From NCBI GenBank assembly GCA_950097015.1, contig CATNEN010000010.1:868001-932000 (forward strand): a stretch of 64,000 nucleotides of DNA. The letters are read 5' to 3'. Position 1 is the first letter of the stretch. Every line of letters begins with the position of its first letter. This document shows positions 23,601-34,501 of this stretch, piece after piece. This stretch comes from Macrostomum hystrix (lineage: Eukaryota > Animalia > Platyhelminthes). The position numbers and the translations under genes are program-made. The notes under the pieces were generated by a model. The model saw only the letters and a list, made by a program, of their open reading frames with translations, did no database searches and was not told where the DNA came from.

Positions 23601-25120
23601 GCAGTTATTGCAGCCGCAGCAACTGCAGGCCAAGCTTCTCTCTCAGGTGGTTGTTTGATAAGCCGCCATCAAATTTTTTATGCAATTACCTCAGATCCAT
23701 CAGTTCTGCCATTCCCCCAGATCCATCAGTTCTGCCATTCCCCCAGATCCATCAGTTCTGCCATTCCCCGAGATCCATCAGTTCTGCCATTCCCTCAGAT
23801 CCATCAGTTCTGCCATTCCCCCAGATCCATCAGTTCTGCCATTCCCCCAGATCCATCAGTTCTGCCATTCCCCCAGATCCATCAGTTCTGCCATTCCCCC
23901 AGATCCATCAGTTCTGCCATTCCCCCAGATCCATCAGTTCTGCCATTCCCCCAGATCCATCAGTTCTGCCATTCCCCCAGATCCATCAGTTCTGCCATTC
24001 CCCCAGATCCATCAGTTCTGCCATTCCCCCAGATCCATCAGTTCTGCCATTCCCCCAGATCCATCAGTTCTGCCATTCCCCCAGATCCATCAGTTCTGCC
24101 ATTCCCCCAGATCCAGCATCCCTCAGGTCCGCGTCACCCCATGCATTTCCCCGCCTCATATCTCCGTTTCGTTGGCCGTGTTCATCTAACCCCAACAACT
24201 TCCCTCATGGCCATTAATATTAAACGAAGCCATATTTTAATTTCTTTGCATCTGCGTTTGAACTTTCAAATATTGTTTAATTCGATCAACAAATTAGATT
24301 GGTCTGATTGGTCCAATTGTCCATTATCGACTACTAACAATGCCCCCTACAGAGCAATACAGTCCAGGGTAATCGTGTTATTGGCCAGCAGCAGCAGCAG
24401 CAACCAATGTTCAGCCCTAACCAATCGGCTTCCGTTGCTGATTTTTTTGCCGCCGACGGCAAGCAGTTGCTCTGGGAGCAGGTCCTACCGACTGCTTCTC
24501 GAAGACCCATTACCAAATCTGTGAGCACTGCTGTTTTTTGAACGACAATGATTTCCTAACTTTATTGCATAGCCCACCATTTGTTCCGCCACTCTATTGT
24601 CACTGCTTCGACACTCTCTATTTTCACTCTGCTCCGTCACTCAACTGTCAAATACTCGATTTCGTCACTCTCTTCTGATCTTATCTATCTTATCTTAAAT
24701 TTGCCTCCTTTTGTCACTCCTTGACTTTTTGAAGGTTCTAAGCAAATCGTGTATTCCGTCATTGTTTAGGGCTACACTGGCGCCCCACAGCAGTTGCAGC
24801 CGCAGCCGCTGTCTCAGCCGCACCCGCTCCTGCCAGCCAGCAGCGCAAATCTGCAGCGCGTCCAGCCGCAGACCCAGCCCGCCTGGCCGGCCAGCACCGC
24901 AGCCGCCTCCCAGTTCACCTTCCCCAGCTCCTGGGGCGTCAGCGGCGTCGGTAGCGTCGGCCGCATCGCCCCGGCTGTCGCTACCTCCGGCTGGGGCGTC
25001 ATCGGCCAGAGTGGCGCCTCGTCGCCACAGTCGGCTGCGACATCGGCCACCGTTGGCCGCCTGCCGCCAGAGTCGCTGGCCCCGGGCAGCGATCGGCGCC
25101 AGGCGAAGGCCGCCGACTAG
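20658..25120 (+). CDS. EIF4ENIF1: eIF4E transporter (4E-T/Cup family), 4 coding exons, ~1130 aa
   Basis: Exons 20658-21399, 21515-23646, 24353-24520 and 24770-25120 splice in frame. Motifs: YxxxxLL eIF4E-binding site (YARDELL), DGIVLGPQKR Cup-homology-like segment, and PAWFDEGP..E.LELTG motif. The rest is Q/A/P-rich. Confidence 0.88.
23690..24113 (+). repeat. 26-bp intronic minisatellite, ~16 copies
   Basis: Unit CCATCAGTTCTGCCATTCCCCCAGAT, in 4E-T intron 2. Confidence 0.97.
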
Positions 25121-26127
25121 CAGCATAGACTGCGGCGACCTCGTTGTGCACTCTAACTGGGTTTTAGACACACTGTCGGAGTGTGCAATGAGATACAGCT
25201 TTGTTAGCATTCTCTATTTCCATCTTTCTTCCGCTTCTGATCTTCTTCTTGTTTTTCGAAATCATTCTTGTCGATGGAGTCGCGCTTGCAGTGCACAGTT
25301 GTTAAGTGTTAGAGGCTTTGCTGTTAAAACCTGATTTATGAATAGCGGGGCGCAATCTCTGATCTGCAGTCTGTGGCCTCTTGTCTCCGCTATCGACTTG
25401 GGTGTCGTCGGTCCGCGGCTCGCAGCTCGGGTCTCGGCTGAGCGGCAATTTGCGCCGGCTAGTCGGCTGCAGTGTCGTCCGAGCCGTCCCGGCTGCGCTG
25501 CGCGCGGAGATGCCGGCCCCCCTTCTAATTAAAGCTAGGCATTGCCCTTTATTGTGGCTTTCGAGTGAAACTCCGAGCACAGGTGGCTTGGCTCTAGCCA
25601 CTATCTTCTTCTAAGCCTTCTTTTCTGGCGAATGGGTGTTTTCCAGTCTTTGTTTGGGCAGAGTTTTTTGGGAATTCTTCGGGTTTCTAAATTATGCGCG
25701 GGGAACAGTTTATGATTTATTTGTTATACTTCTGAGGTCAGGCTCTAGCTTGGGGTTGGTCTGTGGGGATCTGCTGCTATTAACTGTCGCTTCTTATTTT
25801 TGCCTCTGTCCCCCCTACCCGGCCTTCAGCCCGTCCTGTTTTCTTGTACCTGGTCCAGTTCTACCCAGCATTCACAGGCAGTGTGAAATATTCTCGATGC
25901 CATGTTCATCATAATAATACAAATCTGTCACATCATAGGCATTTTCCGTTTCTCTGCCCAAACCCCTCTGTCTCATTTTTGCTACTCATTTTTATTTGCC
26001 GTTGTTATACTTTTCGGTCATTAAGCTGCTTATTTTGGTAGCAGAGCTGTTTCTCCTTATTTGAGCAGTGTCTGGCCTAGACTCACCTGAAAGCTTCAAA
26101 TCTAAGTACATGGGATCTAGATAGAAG

Positions 26128-27292
26128 CATGAGATCTATTAGTCAGTAGCTAATGAGTCCATGAGATCTATTAGTCAGTGGCTAATGAGTCCATGAGATC
26201 TATTAGTCAGTGGCTAATGAGTCCATGAGATCTATTAGTCAGTGGCTAATGAGTCCATGAGATCTATTAGTCAGTGGCTAATGAGTCCATGGGATCTATT
26301 AGTCAGTCGCTAATGAGTCCATGAGATCTATTAGTCAGTGGCTAATGAGTCCATGAGATCTATTAGTCAGTGGCTAATGAGTCCATGAGATCTATTAGTC
26401 AGTGGCTAATGAGTCCATGAGATCTATTAGTCAGTGGCTAATGAGTCCATGAGATCTATTAGTCAGTGGCTAATGAGTCCATGAGATCTATTAGTCAGTG
26501 GCTAATGAGTCCATGAGATCTATTAGTCAGTGGCTAATGAGTTCATGAGATCTATTAGTCAGTGGCTAATGAGTCCATGAGATCTATTAGTCAGTGGCTA
26601 ATGAGTCCATGAGATCTATTAGTCAGTGGCTAATGAGTCCATGAGATCTATTAGTCAGTGGCTAATGAGTCCATGAGATCTATTAGTCAGTGGCTAATGA
26701 GTCCATGAGATCTATTAGTCAGTGGCTAATGAGTCCATGAGATCTATTAGTCAGTGGCTAATGAGTCCATGAGATCTATTAGTCAGTGGCTAATGAGTCC
26801 ATGAGATCTATTAGTCAGTGGCTAATGAGTCCATGAGATCTATTAGTCAGTGGCTAATGAGTCCATGAGATCTATTAGTCAGTGGCTAATGAGTCCATGA
26901 GATCTATTAGTCAGTGGCTAATGAGTCCATGAGATCTATTAGTCAGTGGCTAATGAGTCCATGAGATCTATTAGTCAGTGGCTAATGAGTCCATGAGATC
27001 TATTAGTCAGTGGCTAATGAGTCCATGAGATCTATTAGTCAGTGGCTAATGAGTCCATGAGATCTATTAGTCAGTGGCTAATGAGTCCATGAGATCTATT
27101 AGTCAGTGGCTAATGAGTCCATGAGATCTATTAGTCAGTGGCTAATGAGTCCATGAGATCTATTAGTCAGTGGCTAATGAGTCCATGAGATCTATTAGTC
27201 AGTGGCTAATGAGTCCATGAGATCTATTAGTCAGTGGCTAATGAGTCCATGAGATCTATTAGTCAGTGGCTAATGAGTCCATGAGATCTATT
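26128..27292 (+). repeat. 32-bp tandem array, ~36 nearly identical copies
   Basis: Unit CCATGAGATCTATTAGTCAGTGGCTAATGAGT, head to tail, with no spacers. Confidence 0.98.
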
Positions 27293-28229
27293 TTCCAGAT
27301 TTAGAGAAGGCTTTCTCGTGAAAGACCCAGCTTACCTGCCCACATCGTCTATTATACCGCGCCCCATTTACACGTAAAAGTGTGTCTCACATCCCAATCG
27401 GTTTATTTCTCTGTATTTTTATTTTTACGTCCGCACATCTCTTCTTTGCTTTCACAGGCTGCTGTTCAAAGTATATTCCAGAATTTTCTTCCCATTATTC
27501 CCATACAATTTTGGTCCTCATCCTTTGTGTGCAAATCGGTTTTCAAGTGTTTTTGTACAAAAGTGTAACTCGAGTCTTCATTATCATGGGATTGGGGCCG
27601 GTCACGGCCTAGTCCGATTAAAAAGAACTAAATTCTGGCTGCATTTAAAGGCATTCGCACCGAGTGGACTAAGCCGAGTTGAGAGTTTTGCAAATGTTTC
27701 TTGTTTTACACTCGATCCGCCTGTCTCTTCCCAGCCTCCGTCTCCCCGCCCCACCTCCCAACCTTCCTCAAGGTAAATTGGCCTATTAAATATCAAATTC
27801 AGTAGCCAAGGGCTCCAGGACTTTGCGCAATTTTTGTGTGCTAAGTGTCTACTTTTTGCCTATGTGCTCTACTAATAGTAGTTTGTGCGCATGTTTGTTT
27901 AATATGTGCCAGGGTTCATGCTAAAAAACTAATGCTTCGCTGTCCTGACCTGATAATAATATTTCAGCTTAACTCAAATAGCTGCTGGTATTTTTCTGAG
28001 GATAATTATGGCAATAATAAATGATGGTTAATAGCAACTGCTGATCGGGTTCTAGGTAAACAATTTCAGTTTTTTAAACAAGTTTCTATACAAAATCCTA
28101 CATTCTACGAAATGTCACAATATGTGTTCGTTTTTTTTGTTAGCAATCGGCTTTCGTGGCATCGATAAAGATAGTGGTTATAACTTTTGTATCAATAGTG
28201 ATAATGATAAGTATATTAATAATAACTGC

Positions 28230-28447
28230 ATGAGGACTGCGGCACAGGTGTGTACATCTGCATCTGCACACCCTGATCGACTTTCCCATCGTCAGGCATT
28301 GTACACTCACTGAGCCTTGAAGATTGATCACCAAGCCTGAAGCCTTTTCTCCGCGGCTACATCCGAAATGAATGGGGCGTTGCCGCAGGATCGAGTTCAA
28401 GGACCTTGGTGCGAGAGGAAAACACGTTAGACCGCTATGCTACTCCC
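28230..28447 (-). mobile_element. tRNA-derived SINE-like element
   Basis: The minus strand begins GTAGCATAGCGGTCTAA (A box) with a degenerate B box CTTGAACTCGATCC. It does not form a full cloverleaf, and a non-tRNA body follows. Confidence 0.4.
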
Positions 28448-29118
28448 TCAACAAAGGTGTGTGGCTTCAACGTATTGATCAACAAAGGTGTGAGGTGTTG
28501 CGTCTAGGTGAGCAGGTGGCGCATTATATAGCACAATGAAATGGTGAATTGTGGCACTGCTCGAACTGCTGTTGCAGGGTACGCAGAATTTTTTGTTAAA
28601 ATTTAGCTTTTAGTTTCAATGCGATTTGGGAAATTAAAAGTGAGATCGCGTGTGTACGCAGAGGTGAAAAGGGGGCATTGTTCCCAAGTCCCTTGACAGC
28701 CCAGTTACTGGCCAGCGGTCACACTCGAGTCCGAGATGCCACTCCAGGGGAAATTCGGCGTGAGGGGAAAGCAGCCCGCTCATAATACATTTCTTCCGCA
28801 GCAGAAGCAAGCAGAAAGCTGCCTGGCTGTAGTGAGAACGAGCTGGCCAGCCCCAAAAACAGCTGCATAGGGATCGGCGCTATCGATCTGCCGCTTCGGT
28901 CTTCTTCTAGGGGGAGGGGAGGAGGTGGAATTTCTTCTGAGCTCTTCCTAGGAGGTGCAGTTGGTTGGGATCCGACTCAGGGGCGGACTGGTCTGGGTCG
29001 GGGGCAGAGGGCGTTACAAAAGCCTCCAACAGAAGCGTCTCGGTGGCGCCTCGTTTCACCGCAGTCCCAGTAGCGGCGCCCCCAACTCCCTCCCTGGAAT
29101 CTTCTGTGTCGCTACCGC

Positions 29119-31376
29119 ATGTCGTCCGATCCGAGCGAGGAGCAGCAGTCCAAGCTGCTGGAGGAGCTGCGCGGGCGGGTGGCTGCTGAGGAGCATCTGC
29201 CTGGCGAGAGCTACTTCCAGGAGGATGTCACGTGAGCAGCCTCTGTCTGATAGACTGGCAATCACTCTCACCTTCAATGTATTATTTATTATTTATTATT
29301 TTTTCATTATCTATATCCATACGCTTAAGTAGCAAATCCATTCCAATTCCCTAACGCGTGGCATTTGCCTCCGTTTCGCTCCTAGCCTGCTGCGCTTCCT
29401 GCGCGCCCGCGAGTGGAACATCGACGCAGCCGAGAAGCAGCTGCGGGGCGCCATCGACTGGCGCAGATCCTACAAGCCGCTGACCGCCGAGTGCCGCTGG
29501 TGCATCGAGGGCCCCGGCTACCACAGCATGGTGATTACCTCGAACCTGCTCTGCTTCCTTTCTACCCTGCCTACACTTCCATTCTACCCTGCCTACTCTT
29601 CCATTCTACCCTGCCTACTCTTCCATTCTACCCTGCCTACTCTTCCATTCTACCCTGCCTACTCTTCCATTCTATCCTGCCTACTCTTCCATTCTATTCT
29701 GCCTACTCTTCCATTCTACCCTGCCTACTCTTCCATTCTACCCTGCCTACTCTTCCATTCTACCCTGCCTACTCTTCCCTAATCTATGTCTATTGTATTA
29801 TGTTTTATATTAATTCTAATCTACCGTGTCTACGTCAATTCTCTGTTTTCTGTTTTAATTATGTTCTGCACGCCAATAAGAATTTCGAGGTCACTGTACA
29901 TAAATTCTCTAATTCACAACGCAATGATTCCTTGCTATCTTTGTCCCAGAGACAAGTCGGATTTGACCTTAGCGGCCGCCCAGTGATCTATTCGTGCTTC
30001 GCCCAGGCCGACGCCAAGACCAACACTGCCGATGATTCCATCGCCCACTGCACCTTCCTGATTGAGAATGCTAAGCGAACCATGCGACCCGGTGTCACCA
30101 CCTGGGTCTTCGTCATCGACTGCACCGGTAGGGGACCCGGTGGGGGACCCGGTGGGGGACCCGGTGGGGTACCCGGTGGGGTACCCGGTGGGGGACCCGG
30201 TGGGGGACCCGGTGGGGGACCCGGTGGGGGACCCGGTGGGGGACCCGGTGGGGGACCCGGTGAGGGACCCGGTGGGGGACCCGGTGAGGGACCTCCTTCA
30301 ACGTCGATGAAGATTTCACTGATCTTGGCGTGCAGGCATAACTCTACCGCTGTGCAACCCGAGCCTCGGCTCCGGTGTCATCGGGGTGTTCAGTAATTTC
30401 TACCCGGAGCACCTGGAGCGCATTGTTTGCGTGAACCACAGCAGCCTCTTCCACGGCGTTTGGAACGCCATTCGGGTCTTCATCGACCCGAAGACCGTCA
30501 AGAAGATGAAATTCATCCGCGGCAAGGAGAAGATTCAGCGCAAGTTCGGCCTGATGTTCGGAGACGAGCTCACCAACTGGCTGGTGAACGAGATCAAACT
30601 CAACAAGCAGGTGGGAATCCAGTGAACCTCGCTTCCTGCTTTTATTAACTCTAGTATTTCCCACTGCTAACAATTCATTCATTCAATTCCCTAATCGATT
30701 AATAGACTAGCAACCCATTATATTCCTTCATCAATTGGATAGGCTAGCAACCCATTATATTACTTCATCAATTGGATAGGCTAGCAACCCATTATATTAC
30801 TTCATCAATTGGATAGGCTAGCAATCCATTCTATTCCATTATGAATGCATGGACTAGCAATCCGTTCCATTTGTCCAACCAAAAAGCCACTAGAAGAACA
30901 GTCATCCTCTTCCCACCTGCCCAACTGCCCGCCAGGAGCCCCTGCCCGAATCCCAGGAGAAGTTCTGGGAGGGCCCGATGCGGCCCAGCCAGCACGATCC
31001 CCGCGGCTGCCCCAGCTACGTCGAGCAGTTCGTCGATCCGTTCTTCCTGCGCGTCCAGCAGCAGCAGCTGGCCGGGGCCGCCGAGGACGCCGCCGCCAGC
31101 GCCAGCCTGTACCGGCCGCACCCGAACATCGCCGACCAGCAGCTGGGCCGCCTGGCCCCCTACGTGCCCCGCAGCCGCCGCAAGGAGGAGAAGAAGAAGG
31201 CCGCCGCCGCCGCCGCCTCAGCAGCGAAGCCCGCAGCCGCCGAGCTGGCCGCCTACGGCGTGGCTCCGGTGGCTCCCGGCGACGTACCCGAACTGGCCGA
31301 CGAGGATTCGTCCGAATCCGACGCGGAGTTGCCCAGCGGAGTCGGTGCAGCCGCCGCAGTCGCCGGTGGCCAGTGA
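29119..31376 (+). CDS. CRAL-TRIO/Sec14-like lipid-binding protein, 5 exons, ~383 aa
   Basis: Exons 29119-29231, 29386-29530, 29950-30127, 30336-30610 and 30936-31376 join in frame. Motifs: LLRFLRAREWNIDAAEK (CRAL-TRIO N), GFDLSGRPVIY, WVFVIDCTG, NFYPEHL, VWNAIRVFIDPKTVKK. Confidence 0.92.
29561..29780 (+). repeat. 22-bp pyrimidine-rich intronic minisatellite, ~10 copies
   Basis: Unit CTACTCTTCCATTCTACCCTGC, in CRAL-TRIO intron 2. Confidence 0.95.
30131..30293 (+). repeat. 12-bp G-rich minisatellite starting at the splice donor, ~13 copies
   Basis: Unit GGGGACCCGGTG directly after ACCG|GTA, in CRAL-TRIO intron 3. Confidence 0.95.
30707..30830 (+). repeat. 37-bp intronic repeat, ~3 copies
   Basis: Unit CTAGCAACCCATTATATTACTTCATCAATTGGATAGG, in CRAL-TRIO intron 4. 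Confidence 0.85.
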
Positions 31377-32774
31377 GGCAGCGCAATCGGCTTCGAGACA
31401 CTTTTTAACCTGCCGTGAATCATACGCACGATACTACTATGGCATCATTCAATCAGTAGTATGAGGGTATGTCGTTGAAATTCGTAAAATGAAATTAATG
31501 ACTAAATGAATGGAACAATGGGCATTGGATTGCTAGTCCAGCCCGTAGATATGGTTGGAAAGGATTATTGGGATTATTTATGAATAGAATGAATAAGAAG
31601 AGAATAGATTGTAAATCTGACCCACAATGAAAGGGGTGATTGGTTATATTGAAGCGTTGCTTTGCCATGTTGGCTTTAACTTGGACTTTTAAGCTTCCTC
31701 CTAGCTGAAATATGTTGATTTTGATTTTGCTTTCCTCACCTTCTCCATGGCTTTGATGTTGTCAACTGTTTCCTCATGGCTCGATCCCAATTGCTGTCTT
31801 GAAATTTTGTGTCATTGATTTCTGGCTAGTTCTGTTTTCCGTGTTGTTTTTGAGTCCCTTGTTCGTGTGAGCAGTGTGTGTCATGAGATTCAATGGTAAC
31901 GGTGACGAGGTTAATTCCGTATCAAGCAAGCCACCTCCCAAAGCCTACTTGCAAGTGGCAATTGAATTAAATTTCAATGCGAGTGTATTGTAATGCAACA
32001 TTGAATCTCGACATTTATTTTCGGTCATTGAAGTCGCTTGCCCGAACTTAAAACTGCCTTCCCGCGCTGCCAGTCGTGTGTGTCTACTTTGGTAACCAAT
32101 TATACCAGCTATTTCATTTTAAGAAGCTTAGGTAAAGTTAAGACAAACACTAGACTGGACCATAAGTACACAGCTGAAATCTATAATGAATTTCTCTTTT
32201 ATATTATTCTATATGTACTCACACTGCACAGAGTGAGAATGAGTTGCTGCTCGAGTCAGCCAGGGGTTAATGCTCTTTCACATCGCCAACAAAGATCTTT
32301 TACTGGCACTTTAGATTATATTCATAGGATTCGTCAATGTACCGCGTGGTACAGTGTGTTTTGGACTCGTTTCATGGCAGTGCGTTTACAATACTTCTCG
32401 TCTCTTCCTTCGGATCTCTCCGTGCAGCCGCTCAGCAAGCTCTGTTGGATGAAGGACGATGCTGCAAAGAAGCACAATTGAAGGCAGACTGCAGTGCGCG
32501 ATCCGTCAATCCTCCGCGAGCGGTGCAGCTCGTGGGCAGAGGCTGGACGAGAGGCGCTGGTTAAAAGGGCTTCTATATTCGCATTCCTATTTTCATCCCC
32601 GGCGCGCTCATTCTCTCCCGCTCTCCACCCTATAGTCCTCACTGCAATGTCCAGTGTGCCAGAAAAAGCCGGCCGCATTATGTACGCTTTATAAGCGCGT
32701 GCAGAGCGAAAACCCCCGCACCAATTGCCGCCATATCCGACTAAATCAGTAGAGCTTGCTGTGCTGCAGTAGCG

Positions 32775-33092
32775 ATGCCCAACTTCCTGAAGACCAAGGC
32801 CGAGTATGACGCCTTGCTGGAGAGCTCCAAGGACAAGCTGGTGGTGATCGACTTCACAGCCAGCTGGTGCCCGCCGTGTCGCCAAATTGCGCCGCTATTT
32901 GAGAAACTGGCCGGCGAAACTCCCAGCGTTTTGTTCGCCAAGGTGGACGTCGATGAGAACGAAGCGGCCGCCCAGGCCGCCGGCATCGAGTGCATGCCGA
33001 CCTTCATATTCTACAAGGACGGCAAGGCCATCGACAAGCTCGAGGGCGCCGACTTCAAAGGAGTCGAGAGTCGGGTCAAGCAGCACGCCTAA
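32775..33092 (+). CDS. TXN: Thioredoxin (intronless, WCPPC active site), 105 aa
   Basis: LVVIDFTASWCPPCRQIAP...KVDVDE...CMPTF; complete single ORF with the thioredoxin-fold pattern. Confidence 0.95.
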   Translation: MPNFLKTKAEYDALLESSKDKLVVIDFTASWCPPCRQIAPLFEKLAGETPSVLFAKVDVDENEAAAQAAGIECMPTFIFYKDGKAIDKLEGADFKGVESRVKQHA

Positions 33093-33856
33093 AGAGTTAG
33101 ACAATAATGAGCACTGAGCACTGAATGAAGAAGCAGAATGAACTCTAAAAGGCCGATGCTTAACATAATAACATATATTATTGTCTCAAGTACGATAGCA
33201 GCAGTGCATAGCTAGAATCACAGAATCACAGTGCATAGAATGACAGAATATCATGCTGTTAGAGTCCCAGTTTTTGTACTGTGGCTTGCACTATCAAAAT
33301 ATCAGACTCAATCAGGTGTGATTGATGATTGATTCGTGAACTGAAATCAATCAGCCTGACAGCCTTATTAGATATTATACGCTTGTATAACAAATCAACT
33401 TCAAATTTTTTTATCACTAAACTGCATCGAAGCTTTGATGCATGACGCTGTAAACAATATGCACGTTACCAAACAGTAACGGCAATGGCGATAAAATAGG
33501 GTATCGAAAAATTACGAAAAAATAGTAACCTTTATTTATTTGTATGCAGCGAAAACGTTATTCACAGTGCCGCTAATTTCGTATTCGATTTTGTCGGCAA
33601 CTGGTATCGAAAACAGGTAACAGGAAATGCACATAAGATAAAAACGAGGCAGCAAGAAAGCATACTTAACATTAATTATCGCTTCGTTCTACTTATAGTA
33701 GTAGTAGTAGACTGCAAGGAATTTACCTATGTCGAAAAAAAAGAATGGAATTAAATTTTCCCCTAAAATTTAAACAGTGAAATAAATATTTGTAAGATTT
33801 ATTTTGGTTTTTTGCTGCTTCAGAATTTTTTTTTGTTTAAAAAAAGCAAAATTCTA

Positions 33857-33928
33857 GGGCTCAGCCGGGATTTGAACCCGGGACCACTCGCACCCTAAGC
33901 GAGTATCATACCCCTAGACCACTGAGCC
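33857..33928 (-). tRNA. trnP-AGG: tRNA-Pro(AGG)
   Basis: GGCTCAGTGGTCTAGGGGTATGATACTCGCTTAGGGTGCGAGTGGTCCCGGGTTCAAATCCCGGCTGAGCCC; intact stems, AGG anticodon, A/B boxes and a downstream oligo-T terminator. Confidence 0.97.
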
Positions 33929-34501
33929 GCTACAACAAAGCGGAACCAGCTGACATAATAAACCATGTATCTAAATAAAAAACTAGTTTTTCACATTCAA
34001 GAATAATATCAATTGGAAGTTTTTAGAATTTTCTGATTTCTGGCGACACAGGGACAATTACGGACTTAGTTTTGTAGGTATTTTGGATTTTTGAGTGTTG
34101 TATGTCCGCATCCCATTCTACTATATTAACATTAAGGTCTATTAAGTAAATATATGCATTCTTCAATATTTTAAATAGGTATGAAACAGATTTTTAATTT
34201 CGTAACTTTTTTCGAGATTAACTTAACATTAATAAAGCAAAAGCAATAAAGCAAATAATAATGAAAAAGTTGTGATAATTGAGAACGAAATGAAAGCTTA
34301 TAAAATGTGCGAAAGAAAATGCCCTGTGATTTGTGCGTAATTTATATGCAATAATATCTGTACTTCACGTCATGTACGTGGTCATCTCAAGTTACAGCTT
34401 GCGTATCCCAGGAATTCCGTCGGAGTGATGCATTTTAATACATTTTAATCGAGGATTGAGCTTGCACATTTAATGAATTACGAGTATAAGGCATTTGCAC
34501 A

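Noticed and set aside
23651-24524. Three overlapping repeat ORFs (SSAIPPDPSVLPFPQIHQFCHSPR)
   Set aside because: They are translations of the 26-bp intronic repeat; the flanking 4E-T exons splice in frame without them.
26128-27292. CRISPR array (32-bp repeat with a hairpin)
   Set aside because: Units are head to tail with no spacers, there are no cas genes, and the context is eukaryotic with introns.
29413-30396. 327-aa ORF as a single protein
   Set aside because: It runs through two introns and their repeats; only 29950-30127 is in the true CRAL-TRIO frame.
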